From assembly GCA_964304625.1 (NCBI GenBank), contig OZ199838.1:4104705-4168704 (forward strand): a stretch of 64,000 nucleotides of DNA, in the 5' to 3' direction. The DNA is from Kudoa neothunni (taxonomy: Eukaryota; Animalia; Cnidaria). Numbering within the stretch: position 1 is the first letter of the stretch; each line of letters starts with the position of its first letter. The translations under genes and the position numbers were made by a program. Of the stretch, positions 14,170-26,363 are shown in pieces. Under the pieces are notes generated by a model that saw nothing but the letters and a program-made list of their open reading frames with translations, made no database searches and was not told where the DNA came from.

Positions 14170-15500
14170 TATATATACAAAGTTCTTATGTTTGTCAGTG
14201 TGTGTGTTTGCAGCAGTACGCATGTGCCATGGAGAAAATGTTTTTGAATATAACCTTTAGATTTTATTTGAATAGATGATACCATTAATAAAAATCGTTC
14301 ATTCACCTAGACATATAAATATAATCAATACTGCAGTCAGAAGTAAGATATTTTCTGGTTGTTTACTCAAATAGCAAATTAAGAAGTACCTGTATAATAT
14401 TTAATAGTTGTTCACTGCAGAGTAATAGTCAATTAGAATGAACTTTTACTCACTGCATACAAAGAGAATCTTCTAATTATGATGTATAATGTTGTAGAAA
14501 TGTTACATATGCCTGTTTGGGGTAATTTTAAGACAGATGATGCCACTAGAGCCATATTTACAAGAGATGTAGCATTTCCCTTAAAATTTGAAGCATAGCA
14601 AAATTATTTAGGTTGTATTTTCACTTTTCAAGTGTTATGGATATAGTTAAGCGAAAATATTACGATCATTTTAAATAAAACACATAATTTCGGATTATAG
14701 GTTCTTGCTATCAAGGAATAATTTGGTAGTTCTATAAGCATTCTAAAATCGATGCAAGATGTGTGTAGAGTTTTCAAATAATTAAATTTATGTGATAACT
14801 TCTTAAATGAAAATTTCTTTTTATCAAATATATCGATTGAGATTGAAACTATATTCGCCTTTTCGATAAGTTTTTACTCATTTTTTGGTTGTCCTGAAAT
14901 TTCTTGCAAAACAGCTAGCATCATTAATTCGATAAGTTTCAATATTTTATGAGATAATTTGTAAAATAATGTTTAAGTTCTTAATAACCTAATTGTTCCT
15001 TACCCTCAGGTCTTAAGGTTAATATTCAAATCAATATATAATTTTCTTTTCGCTAAAACTAATTCCTTATGATATAAAATCTGCATGAAAATATGTTACG
15101 CCCCATTCTGTACGTAATTTAAGAATTTATATTCATGATTACTTTTGCACAAAATACAGTCCCCTCTGAATATATACCATGTAATTTAATAAGAAATTAT
15201 TGGTCTATTCGATCTAACCGATATTTTCACAAAGTTTTCGTTAATTTAAAAATAGTTCAATACGAAGAAATTTGTTTGGGGAAATCAAACTGTACGTTTA
15301 TTTTTAAAAAAGGTGCACTCCTTCGAGAAAACCAGTTGATATTTAAGCATTACTGTAATTCTTTAAATCAAAAACTCCTTTACATTTTAGATTTAATCGT
15401 ATTTTGTTAATTAAATTTGTATTTTTCTAACCAGTGAGTATTATTATTAAAACCTCATTAACATCCTTTATAAAATTGCAATAAAAGGAGTAACAATTAA
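14170..15500 (+). mobile_element. Probable second (outer) Helitron-like remnant; 3' end not resolved
   Basis: TCTG (11455-11458) joined to TATATATACAAAG...gtgtgtgtg...gtacgcatgtgc rebuilds a Helitron-type 5' end that shares motifs with the inner element. The right coordinate is approximate. Confidence 0.4.
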
Positions 15501-16738
15501 TATTTTTATTTCTGACGTACCTTAGGTCGGTTTTATTTTTTTTATCGTTTGTAGACTAACAATACATTTTATAAACAGAAGGATTAATTTTCATCGCAAA
15601 ATTTTAGAAAGAACTGAAAGTTTTATTTAAGTTACTTAACGATTTGGTTTAATAAATAAATCAATTAATTTTGTTAATTAAATCGCTCATAAAATTGAGA
15701 TGATTATATTTTTTTAATAATGAAAATAATTCTTAACAAAAAATATATATAAACTAAAAAATATGTTATTAGATTGTTTTATTTAATATAAAAAATGTTC
15801 AGCTGATGTATAAAAATGATGGGAAAGATAATTTATAAGAAAGTATGTTCAACTAATTAAAACGATTGAATCATATAATTTTAGAACATACACACTGTTA
15901 AAAATGTATTTAAGATGTACAATTAACTTCTGAGTTAATGCATGGAAATTGAAGTAGGTTTTCATTGGTTTTTAGAAATTTATCGAAGATTTCACGTATG
16001 CAGACGGTGTTGTATTTTGGATTTAGCGCAAAAATCAGAAGTTATCATAATTAGTTGAATCTTTGTTGTTAGTATTCTTTTATTTTATTATAAACATTCG
16101 TTGAATAGTTGCCGAAAAAACAACGCTCCAAAAGTTCTATTTAGATGCTTTATCCTACTCTATTATCGGATCGAGAATTCATTTCTTTAAGCGTTAATAA
16201 ATATTTGCATATCTAAATTTCCCTAACTTATAAATTACCACCCTTTTTAATTAATTTTAAGTATTGATTGTAAAAAAAGTTACAACTACGGCTAACGTAA
16301 TCGTAGACATTATTTCAACCATGTGGCTTAATATATATATATATATAATCCCCAATATGATGCTTAAAGTCTCGTTTTTTTAAAGGAAATGGCTATGGAC
16401 ATAGATTATAATTTATAATATACATATAGGTATAGTTTTGACCGCGTTTAATTATTTTTGGCCCCTAGGAGCGTTAGAGATAGGCTAAAAATAAGTAAAT
16501 ACCGCGGATTCTAAAAAATAAACCTTATAGATCAACTATAAATAGGAGTTGCCATATTGGATTAAAAACTTACGTGTCAATATCCAGTGCCTTTTTTAAA
16601 CCCTTAATCTCAAAATGTGAGAATGACAAGAACACGTACGAAAAACGTAAAAATAAAAAAAGTTCGTGCATGTTCACAGGCGGAATCATGAAATATTTCA
16701 GAAGTTAGTAAAATTTAGTTCTGAGCATTGTAATAAAT

Positions 16739-17110
16739 GGTTGCGGGCGGAGTTCGAATTTGCGAACCATAGTTTAATTGACGGAGGTGTCATACCGCTC
16801 TGTAGCTAAAGTGTACTTTAGCACTAGTGCGCGAGTGGATTTTTACGAAAAAACCGAAGTATAATAAAAACATATATTTAATCGCTCAAAAGGATTTTTT
16901 CCATTCAGGGCGTTCAAACAAATCAAATTGAAAGCATTTGGGGAAGCTTGTAAACGGAAATTTAATGCTATTCGGAATAAGAAATCTATTTTAATAAAGT
17001 TTTATTTATCAGAATATATATTTATATTATACTTTGTTTTTTTCCTAAAAATCCACTCGCGCACTAATGCTAAAGTTCACTTTGGCCCCGCTCTGCTGCC
17101 GATTGCTCAT
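16739..17110 (-). repeat. tRNA-like (SINE head or pseudo-tRNA) sequence split by the MITE
   Basis: The empty site on the minus strand reads ggcagcagagcggtatgacacc...ggttcgcaaattcgaactccgcccgc, resembling pol III A and B boxes. There is no intact acceptor stem. Confidence 0.35.
16803..17087. mobile_element. MITE with ~40-bp TIRs and a 7-8 bp TSD; superfamily uncertain
   Basis: aaagtgtactttagcactagtgcgcgagtggattttta pairs with taaaaatccactcgcgcactaatgctaaagttcacttt. It is flanked by direct ccgctctg at 16795-16802 and 17088-17095. Confidence 0.75.
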
Positions 17111-17515
17111 ACATTAACTTTGATCACATTTTTTTAACTAGCCATTACTTCTTTTAAGTATTTTGTAATAGAAGTACACCTCTATTGGGAGGTGATTCCA
17201 ATGTCTGAATTTAGTTCGTAACGCCTAAGTACCCTAAGCACGAATGTGATTCGTTTTTTAATTTATCAGCTATTGCTCCTAAAACCTTTATTTTCTTACA
17301 ATATTTAATATACGCTCTACTAATAAATATTTTTTAAAATTATATAACATAAATTTAAATGAAATAATATTTAAAAAAACAATGTTTCTATTGAACAAAT
17401 CCTATCAGGTCAAATTTAAAAATATTCTCGAATTCATATAAACTTAGAAGTGAGAAAGAAAACCCAAGGCAAAAATAATCAAAACCAAGTGAAATTTTAA
17501 TCACGTGGCTTAAAC

Positions 17516-19638
17516 ATGGGAGTGTTGGTGAGACTAACCTTAAAAAATAATGAAATATTATTTCGCCATTTGAATAAAATGGTTTTTTAATTTTACGATT
17601 CTCGAGTGACCTATTTTGTAGTTTAAATCAACACTAGCCATCTCGAGCAGAGGCGAAATCGAAAACGACCCAGTTCAAGACAGTGTTTTAGAGTATAAGC
17701 CGCAAGGAGAAAGCGTGAAAACCTATATGATCCCAAAACCTAATTTTTCTATGAGGAATGTAGACCTTCCACCACTTTTAAAGCGGAATATGATTGAATT
17801 TTGTAGAGGTAACACAAGCATTTACAGTTTTGTCTGAATTCGATTAGCTTTCCCCAAGAAACAACTTCTAGCTGATGGGAGAAAGTTAAGTGATTTTTTG
17901 AAATTGCGGCACAAGAGCATGGCCCAAGTGGTACCGTCATCTCGGAACTATATCCGGAAATATTTGTTTCGGGAGGAATTAAAAGAGTTTGAGAAAAAGC
18001 CTCGTAATTACAAAATGGTTCTGTATGGGGAGCGTGAGAGTGTTTCTTATTTGTCCTCAATGTCTCCTCAAGTTTTTGCTGCTAATGTTAGAGTTTTAAA
18101 CGAGGTCTTTTATATTGTTTTAAATGACGGTCATATCGAATGGAATTTTGTGCGCGTTTAGTTGAAACTAAGATACCGAGACTTTCGCCCTACGAGTATT
18201 TTAGATTTTGGGAGTGGCACCGGAATGACCATATGGTACGGTTTATTTTTGAGTTAGCCTTTAAGTTAGAAATAATTAGGGCAGCAAATCAGGTTTGGAA
18301 TAATGTCAATTTTTCTGTTGATTGTATTGAACCAAGCAGACCAATGGTAGAATTGGCCAAAACACTAATGAACGGTACAATCCACGCCTGTTAACTATTA
18401 AAAATAGCACCATTTAAATAGATAAAGAGAACCCTAACAAGGATTCTATTTTCAATGGCATCAATTTCTCTCCATTTTTCTATAAGGATGTATTTTAGAC
18501 TTTTTAGTTTTTATTTATTTTGATTTTAGAAGATGTATGATGTTGTGGTAACCAGTTTTAGTCTTACTGAATTCCCTCATTATCACACCAGAAAAACTAT
18601 TATCAAAGAGTTGTGGAAACGGACTAGAAATTTTTTAGTATTATTTAATAACAGTTTTGTTTATTGAATTTTTTTTCCATAGGTTGTTATTGACCACGGA
18701 AATTGGAATGGGTTCAAAAGTATTTTGGCTGCAAGACAATTAGCAACCACCAAATCTATAAAGGGTGATTCTGCTTCGATAGTTTCACCTGTAGGTTTCT
18801 ATAATATATCCCACAGAATTTTCATAACGGGTTTAATCGATTAGTGTCCACACATAAAAAAATGTCCTCGCACCAAATATGCTGAAAATAATGCTGAATT
18901 GCCATGTTCATTCAGTCAATATGCAAATGTTGCCTACAGCGAGGTAGTATCATCGATAACCAACCATATTTTACGTAGTCACGATAGATACATCGGAAAC
19001 GTTGGAATTATTCTAAAATACCATACAGTTTTATAATACTGAGAAAAGGAGGTCATGGTGCAGGTATTTGAGTTTTGCTTGAAAAACAATATTTACCTAG
19101 ATTAACATAACCTGTAGAATTCCCATTTTATCGAATCCTTGATTACCCAATGAGAAGAAGTAAACATATAATTTGTCATTTTTGTACTCCTGATGGCAAC
19201 ATTGAAAAACATGTGTTCACTAAAAGAAGACACAAGTAGCTCACTCTTGTTGAATTATTTATTCATCTCAATATGTTTAGGGAAGCCTATAGTGCTCTGA
19301 GATTTGATGTGAATAGTGGTGACGAACTAATACTTCCCAAAGACTATCCAAACTCGTTAGTCCCATTTAATACATACGGAAAGTTGAAGTCAGAACTGGA
19401 AAATGACGTTCTTATCCCTAATCCAGCCCTACCAAACACCGATGCATATACTTCTGCAGTTATTGATGCATATACAAACTTAGAAGGTGATAGTGATATC
19501 GGTGACGATGATGAGATTGTGAAAGATGATAAAAAAATGCTGAAAAACTTAAAAGAAAATCAGTTTATATCGCTAGATCAGATTGAGGATTTTATCGAAT
19601 ACCCAGATGTTTATGACGAAGAAAAAATTAACAATTAG
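17516..19638 (+). CDS. METTL17: METTL17/Rsm22 mitochondrial small-subunit assembly factor (methyltransferase fold), ~12 exons
   Basis: Spliced translation gives FRPTSILDFGSGTG, YDVVVTSFSLTE, VVIDHGNWNGF, IVSPCPHIKKCP, PCSFSQ, YSFIILRKG and HIICHFCTPDG. Eleven short GT-AG introns. The start MGVLFKSTLAISSR is inferred via a 12-nt first exon. Confidence 0.9.
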
Positions 19639-19668
19639 ATTAAAAATGCACAAATGTTTTTATACAAT

Positions 19669-20402
19669 TTATTTTTTTTGTTTTTTCTCTATGTTTGAGT
19701 CAAATAAAATATGTTGAGTATTTGTTGGTTGAATTAGGAGGTCATTTCTTTGAAAGAATTTATCTATCACTTTGATACCACATCTGCCAGGGCGTCTTTC
19801 GCGGAAACGTTCACACTCCCTTGGTACCCTAAAACATAGTTGGTCGATTAGATCTATTCTATCTGAACCAAGATTCATATTATATACTTTGTGAATTCAT
19901 CGCAGCAAGGATATGGATCGTTTATATCGTTAATAAATTTTTCATATTGTTCTCTATCTTCATGGAAATATTTCCTCATATCCTCGGTTTTTGGATTAGG
20001 AGGAACAAAACAAAACCATCCACGCTCCAATTCGTTAGCTCTTACCGATAGTGAATGTACTCGTATTTGCCCTCTGTTTTTGTACAGTTTAAATGCATTT
20101 TTCTCTCGTATTTTCATGAATTCAGTGTATTTAGCGTCGAGCTTTTCTTTCTACACAATATATTAGGAACATTTATGCTGAAATAAAATTACTTTTCTTA
20201 GATAAGGAGCACGAAGATAGAATGGAAGTTTGGATTCTTTGTACAATTCAAAAGTTGTTTTAATCGGTCCTTTTGACCTTTTTATCCTTTTTCTTGGAAG
20301 TGGAGGAATTATTTTTGTTTCATATATTTTTTTAATCGAAAATTTATTTTGAGATAAAAGTCTAAAAAAATGGCTGTACATTGTAGAGCGCCCAAAAAAC
20401 AT
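19669..20402 (-). CDS. Uncharacterised basic protein (~210 aa), 3 exons (20402-20193, 20150-19888, 19828-19669)
   Basis: Three ORFs are joined in frame by GT-AG introns of 42 and 59 nt (633 nt total CDS). The N-terminus MFFGRSTMYSHFFRLLSQNK resembles a mitochondrial presequence. I do not recognise the family. Confidence 0.7.
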
Positions 20403-21776
20403 GGGATAATTTTAGCGTTAAACATCGGAATGATTCGCAAAGTGCAATTATTTACTCTTAGTTTATTTATATGTTTATTTACATAGAAAATACTTTATTA
20501 AATTTTAAAAATTCGCACTTTTCAATGTGATTAATTTTGTATATTTCTCCGTATATATTTCTATAACCCACTGCTTCCCAGACCCCCAAATAGTTCGGGA
20601 GACAGTAACTGGAGATCTGAGACCCATACTTTGAGTCAGAGAAAAAATTTTTTACGAACTATCATGCTTCGTACGTAATGTATTGATTCTATTTGATCCG
20701 AATCTCTCTCGAAAATACATCATGTGTGCAATCGAAGCTGAAATAAATTTAATAAACAATAATCATTTGAAGAATTTTACTAAAAATTAATCTTCATTTT
20801 CAAATTAATATTTTTTTCGTTAGTATGTAAAAAAATGAAAATTTATTTCTTTTCTATTCATAAGTAGATTACTGAATTGAATTTTTATGTGCTCCAAATT
20901 AATAAAATATTAAATGTTTACATTTTAAAAAACATAAAAAAATCATAAAATATTTTAAAATAAATTGAATTCTTAAAAAAACAAAAAAAAACTAAAGTAA
21001 AATAGTAATTAATCTTTAACAAGCGCCAAAATTAAGTTTTTAGGTTTATTTGTTGAATAATATTAAATTTGTATACCTCAAGTTATAATCAATTTGCATT
21101 CAAGAATTATATAAACTAAAATTTAACATTAAATATTTTGTCACATGTTTATTTTTCTCATTTAATTTGTAAATTTATAATCAAAACAAAAAATACCAAA
21201 TTCTCCGAATGCGAGAACATTCACTCCACATACGATATTTTTCATTTAAATATTAAATATCCAGTTAATTTATAAATCATGATTTATACATATTTTATTT
21301 AAGAAATATCTCGTTTAAACTTCGTTATTGTGAGAAAGAGATGAAAAATGTCCAAACATTTAATTTATTTACACATTTTTTCTAATTAAGGTATACTGAT
21401 TATTTTTATTTTTCATGTAATTTAGTAGAAATATTTTTCGCATCTAAAAATAAATCCGCCTGACAACTTTTTTGAGAAGGATTTCGATAAATATAATGAA
21501 TCTGGAAGAGCTTTTATTGTGTTTCCTCGAAAATAAGACACGGCCTTATATTAACCTTACACTAGAAATAGCTACTAGCTCTTATATTTCTGACAACAAA
21601 TCAAAAGGATTATAATTTAAGTGAATATCTAAAAAGTCATGTTAATAAAGTTTTATGACAAAAAATTGTTACAGTGGGTGACGGTTAACACGTAATCCCT
21701 TCAGGATTGGTGAAAAGTGCGAAATAGCCACCAATGCTCGGTAATATATACTTTTGAGGTACATGCATACATTTAA

Positions 21777-23712
21777 CCCTTCGTCACACGCGCAAAAAAC
21801 TTTACGCGGTTACACGCATGGGGTCCATTGGACCCCATCAAAAAGAAACAGTGATTTAATACTAATAAATAGGGAAATCAATTATTTTTTAAACAGTTAT
21901 TGCAGATGATATTTAAATGCATTTTACAGACAAATTTTGAGCATGTCTGACAACTTGTTCTTGTTTTTTTATCATGTAGACGGGTGCATAAATGGCATCT
22001 TCCTCTGTCAACGAGAGAGATTCTTGGTTCCATATTGACAGGTTTTTGGATTTCTACTAAATTTAAGTTTAAAAAAATTATCAATGTATTAACCTTTTTT
22101 GTTCAACTGAGGTTCTATTAATTGCATACTCAACGACTTCAAAAACTCCTTCCGACGAATAATTTTATCGGCCTTCATGCAATATATAACATATGCATTT
22201 ATTGCTACAATATCTAGAAGTGTATGGAATATGACAACAGGTCATCTTCTTGTAATTCGATAAGTAGAGTAGTTCCCGCACATTTGATCTATTGTATCAA
22301 CTCCACCCTTTGTTGAATTGTAAAAAGAGACGATCTCTGGTAGCTTTTTAGGATGGTTCAAATCAACGGTTGACTTGTGGTGAAACGAACTCAGCAGTGT
22401 AACGGCTTTGTTTCTTTTGGGGACATAAGACACTAAGGTTAGATCTTTCGTAAATGCAAAAGAAGATGAGTATTGTTCACGTGTTTTTGAAGCCAGGAAT
22501 TCAGGAGGTATTTCTTTCTTGTTTTTTCTAATGGTACCACAAGCAGTTATTCCATTCCTTAATAATTCCTAAAACAATGGAACTGATGTAAACCAGTTGT
22601 CAACAGTGATGTTTCTTCCTGAGCCCAGAATTGGTTGAATCAGGCGCATAACTAAACTATGGGGTGAGTTGTCAACTTTATATGGGGCATTATTCTGGGC
22701 TCCCAGGTAAACTTCAAGATTAAGCGTGTAAAAAGTTTTAGAATCACACAGGTTAAAAATCTTAATCCCATATTTCGCTGGTTTAGAAGGCATATACTGC
22801 TTAAAAATACAGCGACCCCGGAATGATCTAAGCATTTCATCGATTGTCAAATATTCGGTGGGTATATAATATTTGATGAAATTAGAATTTATATGATTAA
22901 AAATATCTCTGATTTTTGACATTCTATCTTGATTATTTTCATTTGAATTGCTTGAACCAGTTGCAAAACGTAGACATCTTTTTAACAAGGAAAATCTATT
23001 CTGGTTGAATATTTTTTTGCAAATTGGAAAACCAAAGTCGTCATCTGCACATAATTCGTTCAAATGAGTAAGATTAGCTTTCTTCACACCAAGAAAATAG
23101 TGCAAACCAATGTAAGCTTTTAATTCACACATATCAAACGCCATACAATCTCGCGATCGTTTGTAATTTGGTTGGATATTTCGAAGGTAGTAATTGGTAC
23201 ATTGCAATATTTCAGTTAATATATTCTCAGTGATAAATAAACTCCAAATTTGAGACTCAGATTCCACATCATCAGAAATTTTTACTCCATGCTTATCCGT
23301 TATAATGTCGTGTTTTCTCTTTCTTGAAAAGAATCCCACCGGCTTTGAGTTCCATTCAAAATTTTTGGAATATAACAAATGTTCGCTATCATCTAAACCC
23401 TTTATTTAAGAAATATTTATTTATTCTATTATATTACATTTTGATGATACATCAGAGCTTGAATCATTGCCTTTTTCATCATAACAATCATCAGAATCAG
23501 AATCAGTACTGCTCGTGTCCGAATCTGATGAAAACAAATCATCAAAATCATCTTTAAAAATTTTCTAAAGTCCATTTCCTATTTTCATTTTGAAGAAAAC
23601 GTTAAAAAACATGAATATTTTAATTTTAGTGTTACCATAAAAAACACAACGATAGCTATTTGCAGATTGAAATCACGTGGGGTCCATTGGACCCCATGCG
23701 TGTGACGGAGGG
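21777..23712 (-). mobile_element. Near full-length piggyBac (PGBD4-like) element with a pseudogenised transposase
   Basis: TTAA on both sides and TIR ccct(t/c)cgtcacacgc, with the palindrome ggggtccattggacccc near both ends at asymmetric spacing. Transposase motifs TIDEML, YMPSKPAKYGIK, TVDNWFTS, YNSTKGGVDTIDQ and a C-terminal Cys-rich domain. In-frame stops at ~22569 and ~22242, plus frameshifts. Confidence 0.95.
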
Positions 23713-23744
23713 TTAAACAGAAATTAACTATCGATTATTTAAAC

Positions 23745-25987
23745 CAGTGGTGGGAAAAATGCGTCCCGCGAAGGGGTTTATAAGGCTGAAAAATTGGGCG
23801 AGCGTGCGCTCGTTTCCACGTCTAATTACATCAAGACAGCATTTTTCTTCCATTAAAAAATAACCTTTTGATGAATATTGTGGATTTATAAATTTATATT
23901 TACGCGATTTCGTTAACTGATTTGAAATTTTATTTTCCCTTGCACCCTACCTATGATTATATGTAATAGTGATCAAGGTAAGGTCTAATACGAGCTTAAA
24001 ACAAAATAACAGATTATCAATTTCGGGAAAATTGGTACATGATATTTAATTTACAACAAAAACATTATAGAAATAACTAAAAATCAAAAACCATGAGATT
24101 GCGACACTTATACCTAAATTAGAAAAGTAACACGATAAGAATCATTCCCATGACATTCATTACAAACGATGTAATAAAGAAAAAATTATTTATTGCTGTA
24201 TTTAAAAAGGTATAAAGTCGATGTAATTTGTATCATTTTCTAGATATCCTTAGATTCTTAAACATAAGTTTTTATAACAGATGTGCATCAACATTTATCA
24301 GCTTAATGTAGAAATAGTTCTTATTCATCTTCTTAATTTTATCGAGTGATAATGTGCTCAAATTTCCCGTATTAATCGTCTTTTTTTTATAACACGCTTT
24401 TGCACAACTGTACATATGTGTCCTCCCAATAACGTACAGATATTGACGAAAAGTCTAATTTTAGTGATGATTAAACTCAACAATATTTCTCCACTCATTC
24501 GATGAAAAATGTGGTGTATTTTTGCTCTCTTGAACCAGTTGCTATATTAAAGCAATATAATTTAAAGTGGCGTCACCATAAGAAACATGAGGAATTCAGT
24601 GAGAAAATCAACGATAACAATAAAGAATAATCGGTCTTAAAATACCTTGAAAGTTATAAAAAATTCCCAATCAATTAGGAGTTGGAGCATTGAGATCAAT
24701 ATTTTGTATCCATTTATATAATTAAATAAAATAAGAAGAAATAATTTCATGTAACAAATAATTTTTTATAATTTATTGGGGGTTTTACTCTAAAGCGAGC
24801 GTCGGCAACCTTTTTGTGCGACGGGCCGAGCAGACATACCCCAACTCAAATGTGGGCAGGATTAAAATTAATTTACAAAAATTTAACATTATTAATTCAA
24901 ATTTTGAATTTAAATATATAATTTATAAAAATCGCTAAAACTATAAAATACGTCAAATTAATGTATTACATTCTAACAATTTACACTTGCAGTGTAATCA
25001 ACTCGTGCTTAACTTGAGAATGAACAATTTATTGGACGATATCAAATGACATGAAATGTACCTATATGCCTTTTAAAAATATTTTATAATTTTACAGAAA
25101 TAATTTAAGCGTTATTTTAACAGTCGTATTATTCTGGGGTTCTAACTCAATGAAAATGAATTTTAGTATTCTAAAATGCTTACACAGGCAACAAAAACAC
25201 TTAGAAAAACGATTTACATGATAACTTAAAAAGTATTTTGGTATTTTAGATACTTAGAGAAATTTTTGTGACAGTCGATGCATGGCAAACCAGATAGAAA
25301 TAATTGACGGACCGGCCCCTGCTCTAAAGAATCATTTTACAAAACTTTAAAAAATATGAATATTACATTGATACCTACAAAAATTACGATTCTTATAATT
25401 TTATCTTATTTAAATCATATTTTGGAATCGAAATACGTTGTAACAAATTTTAAAAAAATATTCCTGTTCGTTGGTGATATTCAAGTCACAAAAAATTTGT
25501 TGTAGTCTGAAATATCATAAATGTAATTAATTTTGATTAACTTGATTATATTCATATTTATAACTTGGGCCTCTTGTTAAAGTATGATAAAATATATTGA
25601 ATGTCATGTTTAAAATAACTATGAAATAATTCTATCCGAGTTATTGTTTAAATATTTCATATCTATTTAATGAGTAATATTAACTTTAATAATTTTAAAT
25701 AAAATAAAAATTTATTAAGTATAAGTACGGTTATTTCCATCATAACTTAATAGTATGCCAATCAATTTTTTTACATAGAAAAATCTATAATTCCTTATTA
25801 AATTAATCTAATTGAAAGCGTTTTTAAATTAATTTATATACATACTTTTTGAATTTGTGAAAAATGTTAGAAAAGCCACCAATAAGGATTTAAGTTCTCA
25901 AAAAAACGTGTAATCAACAATGTGGCCCTCCAAGCTTCTGCAATGCGCCAATTTAGTCTGTACACTCAAAAGTTGTGCCCACCACTA
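23745..25987. mobile_element. Degenerate hAT element hosting a nested hAT MITE
   Basis: TIRs cagtggtggg / cccaccacta. Perfect TSD atttaaac at 23737-23744 and 25988-25995. Confidence 0.8.
24796..25321. mobile_element. Nested hAT MITE
   Basis: Perfect TSD ctctaaag at 24788-24795 and 25322-25329. Degenerate termini cgagcgtcggcaacc / ccggcccctg. Confidence 0.65.
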
Positions 25988-26363
25988 ATTTAAACAAATA
26001 GGTTACACCTCTTTGTTGACGTGTAAAAACTGCCATAATTATGTACTGTTTTTCCTTTAAGTCTCCGTATTCTTAGTTAATAGATATGTCAACATTTTTA
26101 ATTTAAACGGTATAATATAAAATATTTAATAAACAGTAAAAAATTGTTTATAAACCAAGTAAACAATCCTTTAAATAGAAATAAAGAAAAACACTCCCAC
26201 AAGATATTATTTATGTTCGATTAATTGGAACCGCGCTATCCGAAAAGGATATCGCCGATCCCAAATGTCCCCGGATAATCGAGGTTTGACTATAGCTTAA
26301 AAAGAAAAGCATAATTTTCCTTGAGAGCCAAAAAACTATACATCACTCAGCAAACAAAATCGA

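Noticed and set aside
22242-22571. In-frame TGA at a conserved Trp (RRWP) and a TAG in the piggyBac transposase as evidence for an alternative genetic code
   Set aside because: These are single-base nonsense changes in an element that also has frameshifts, i.e. ordinary decay.
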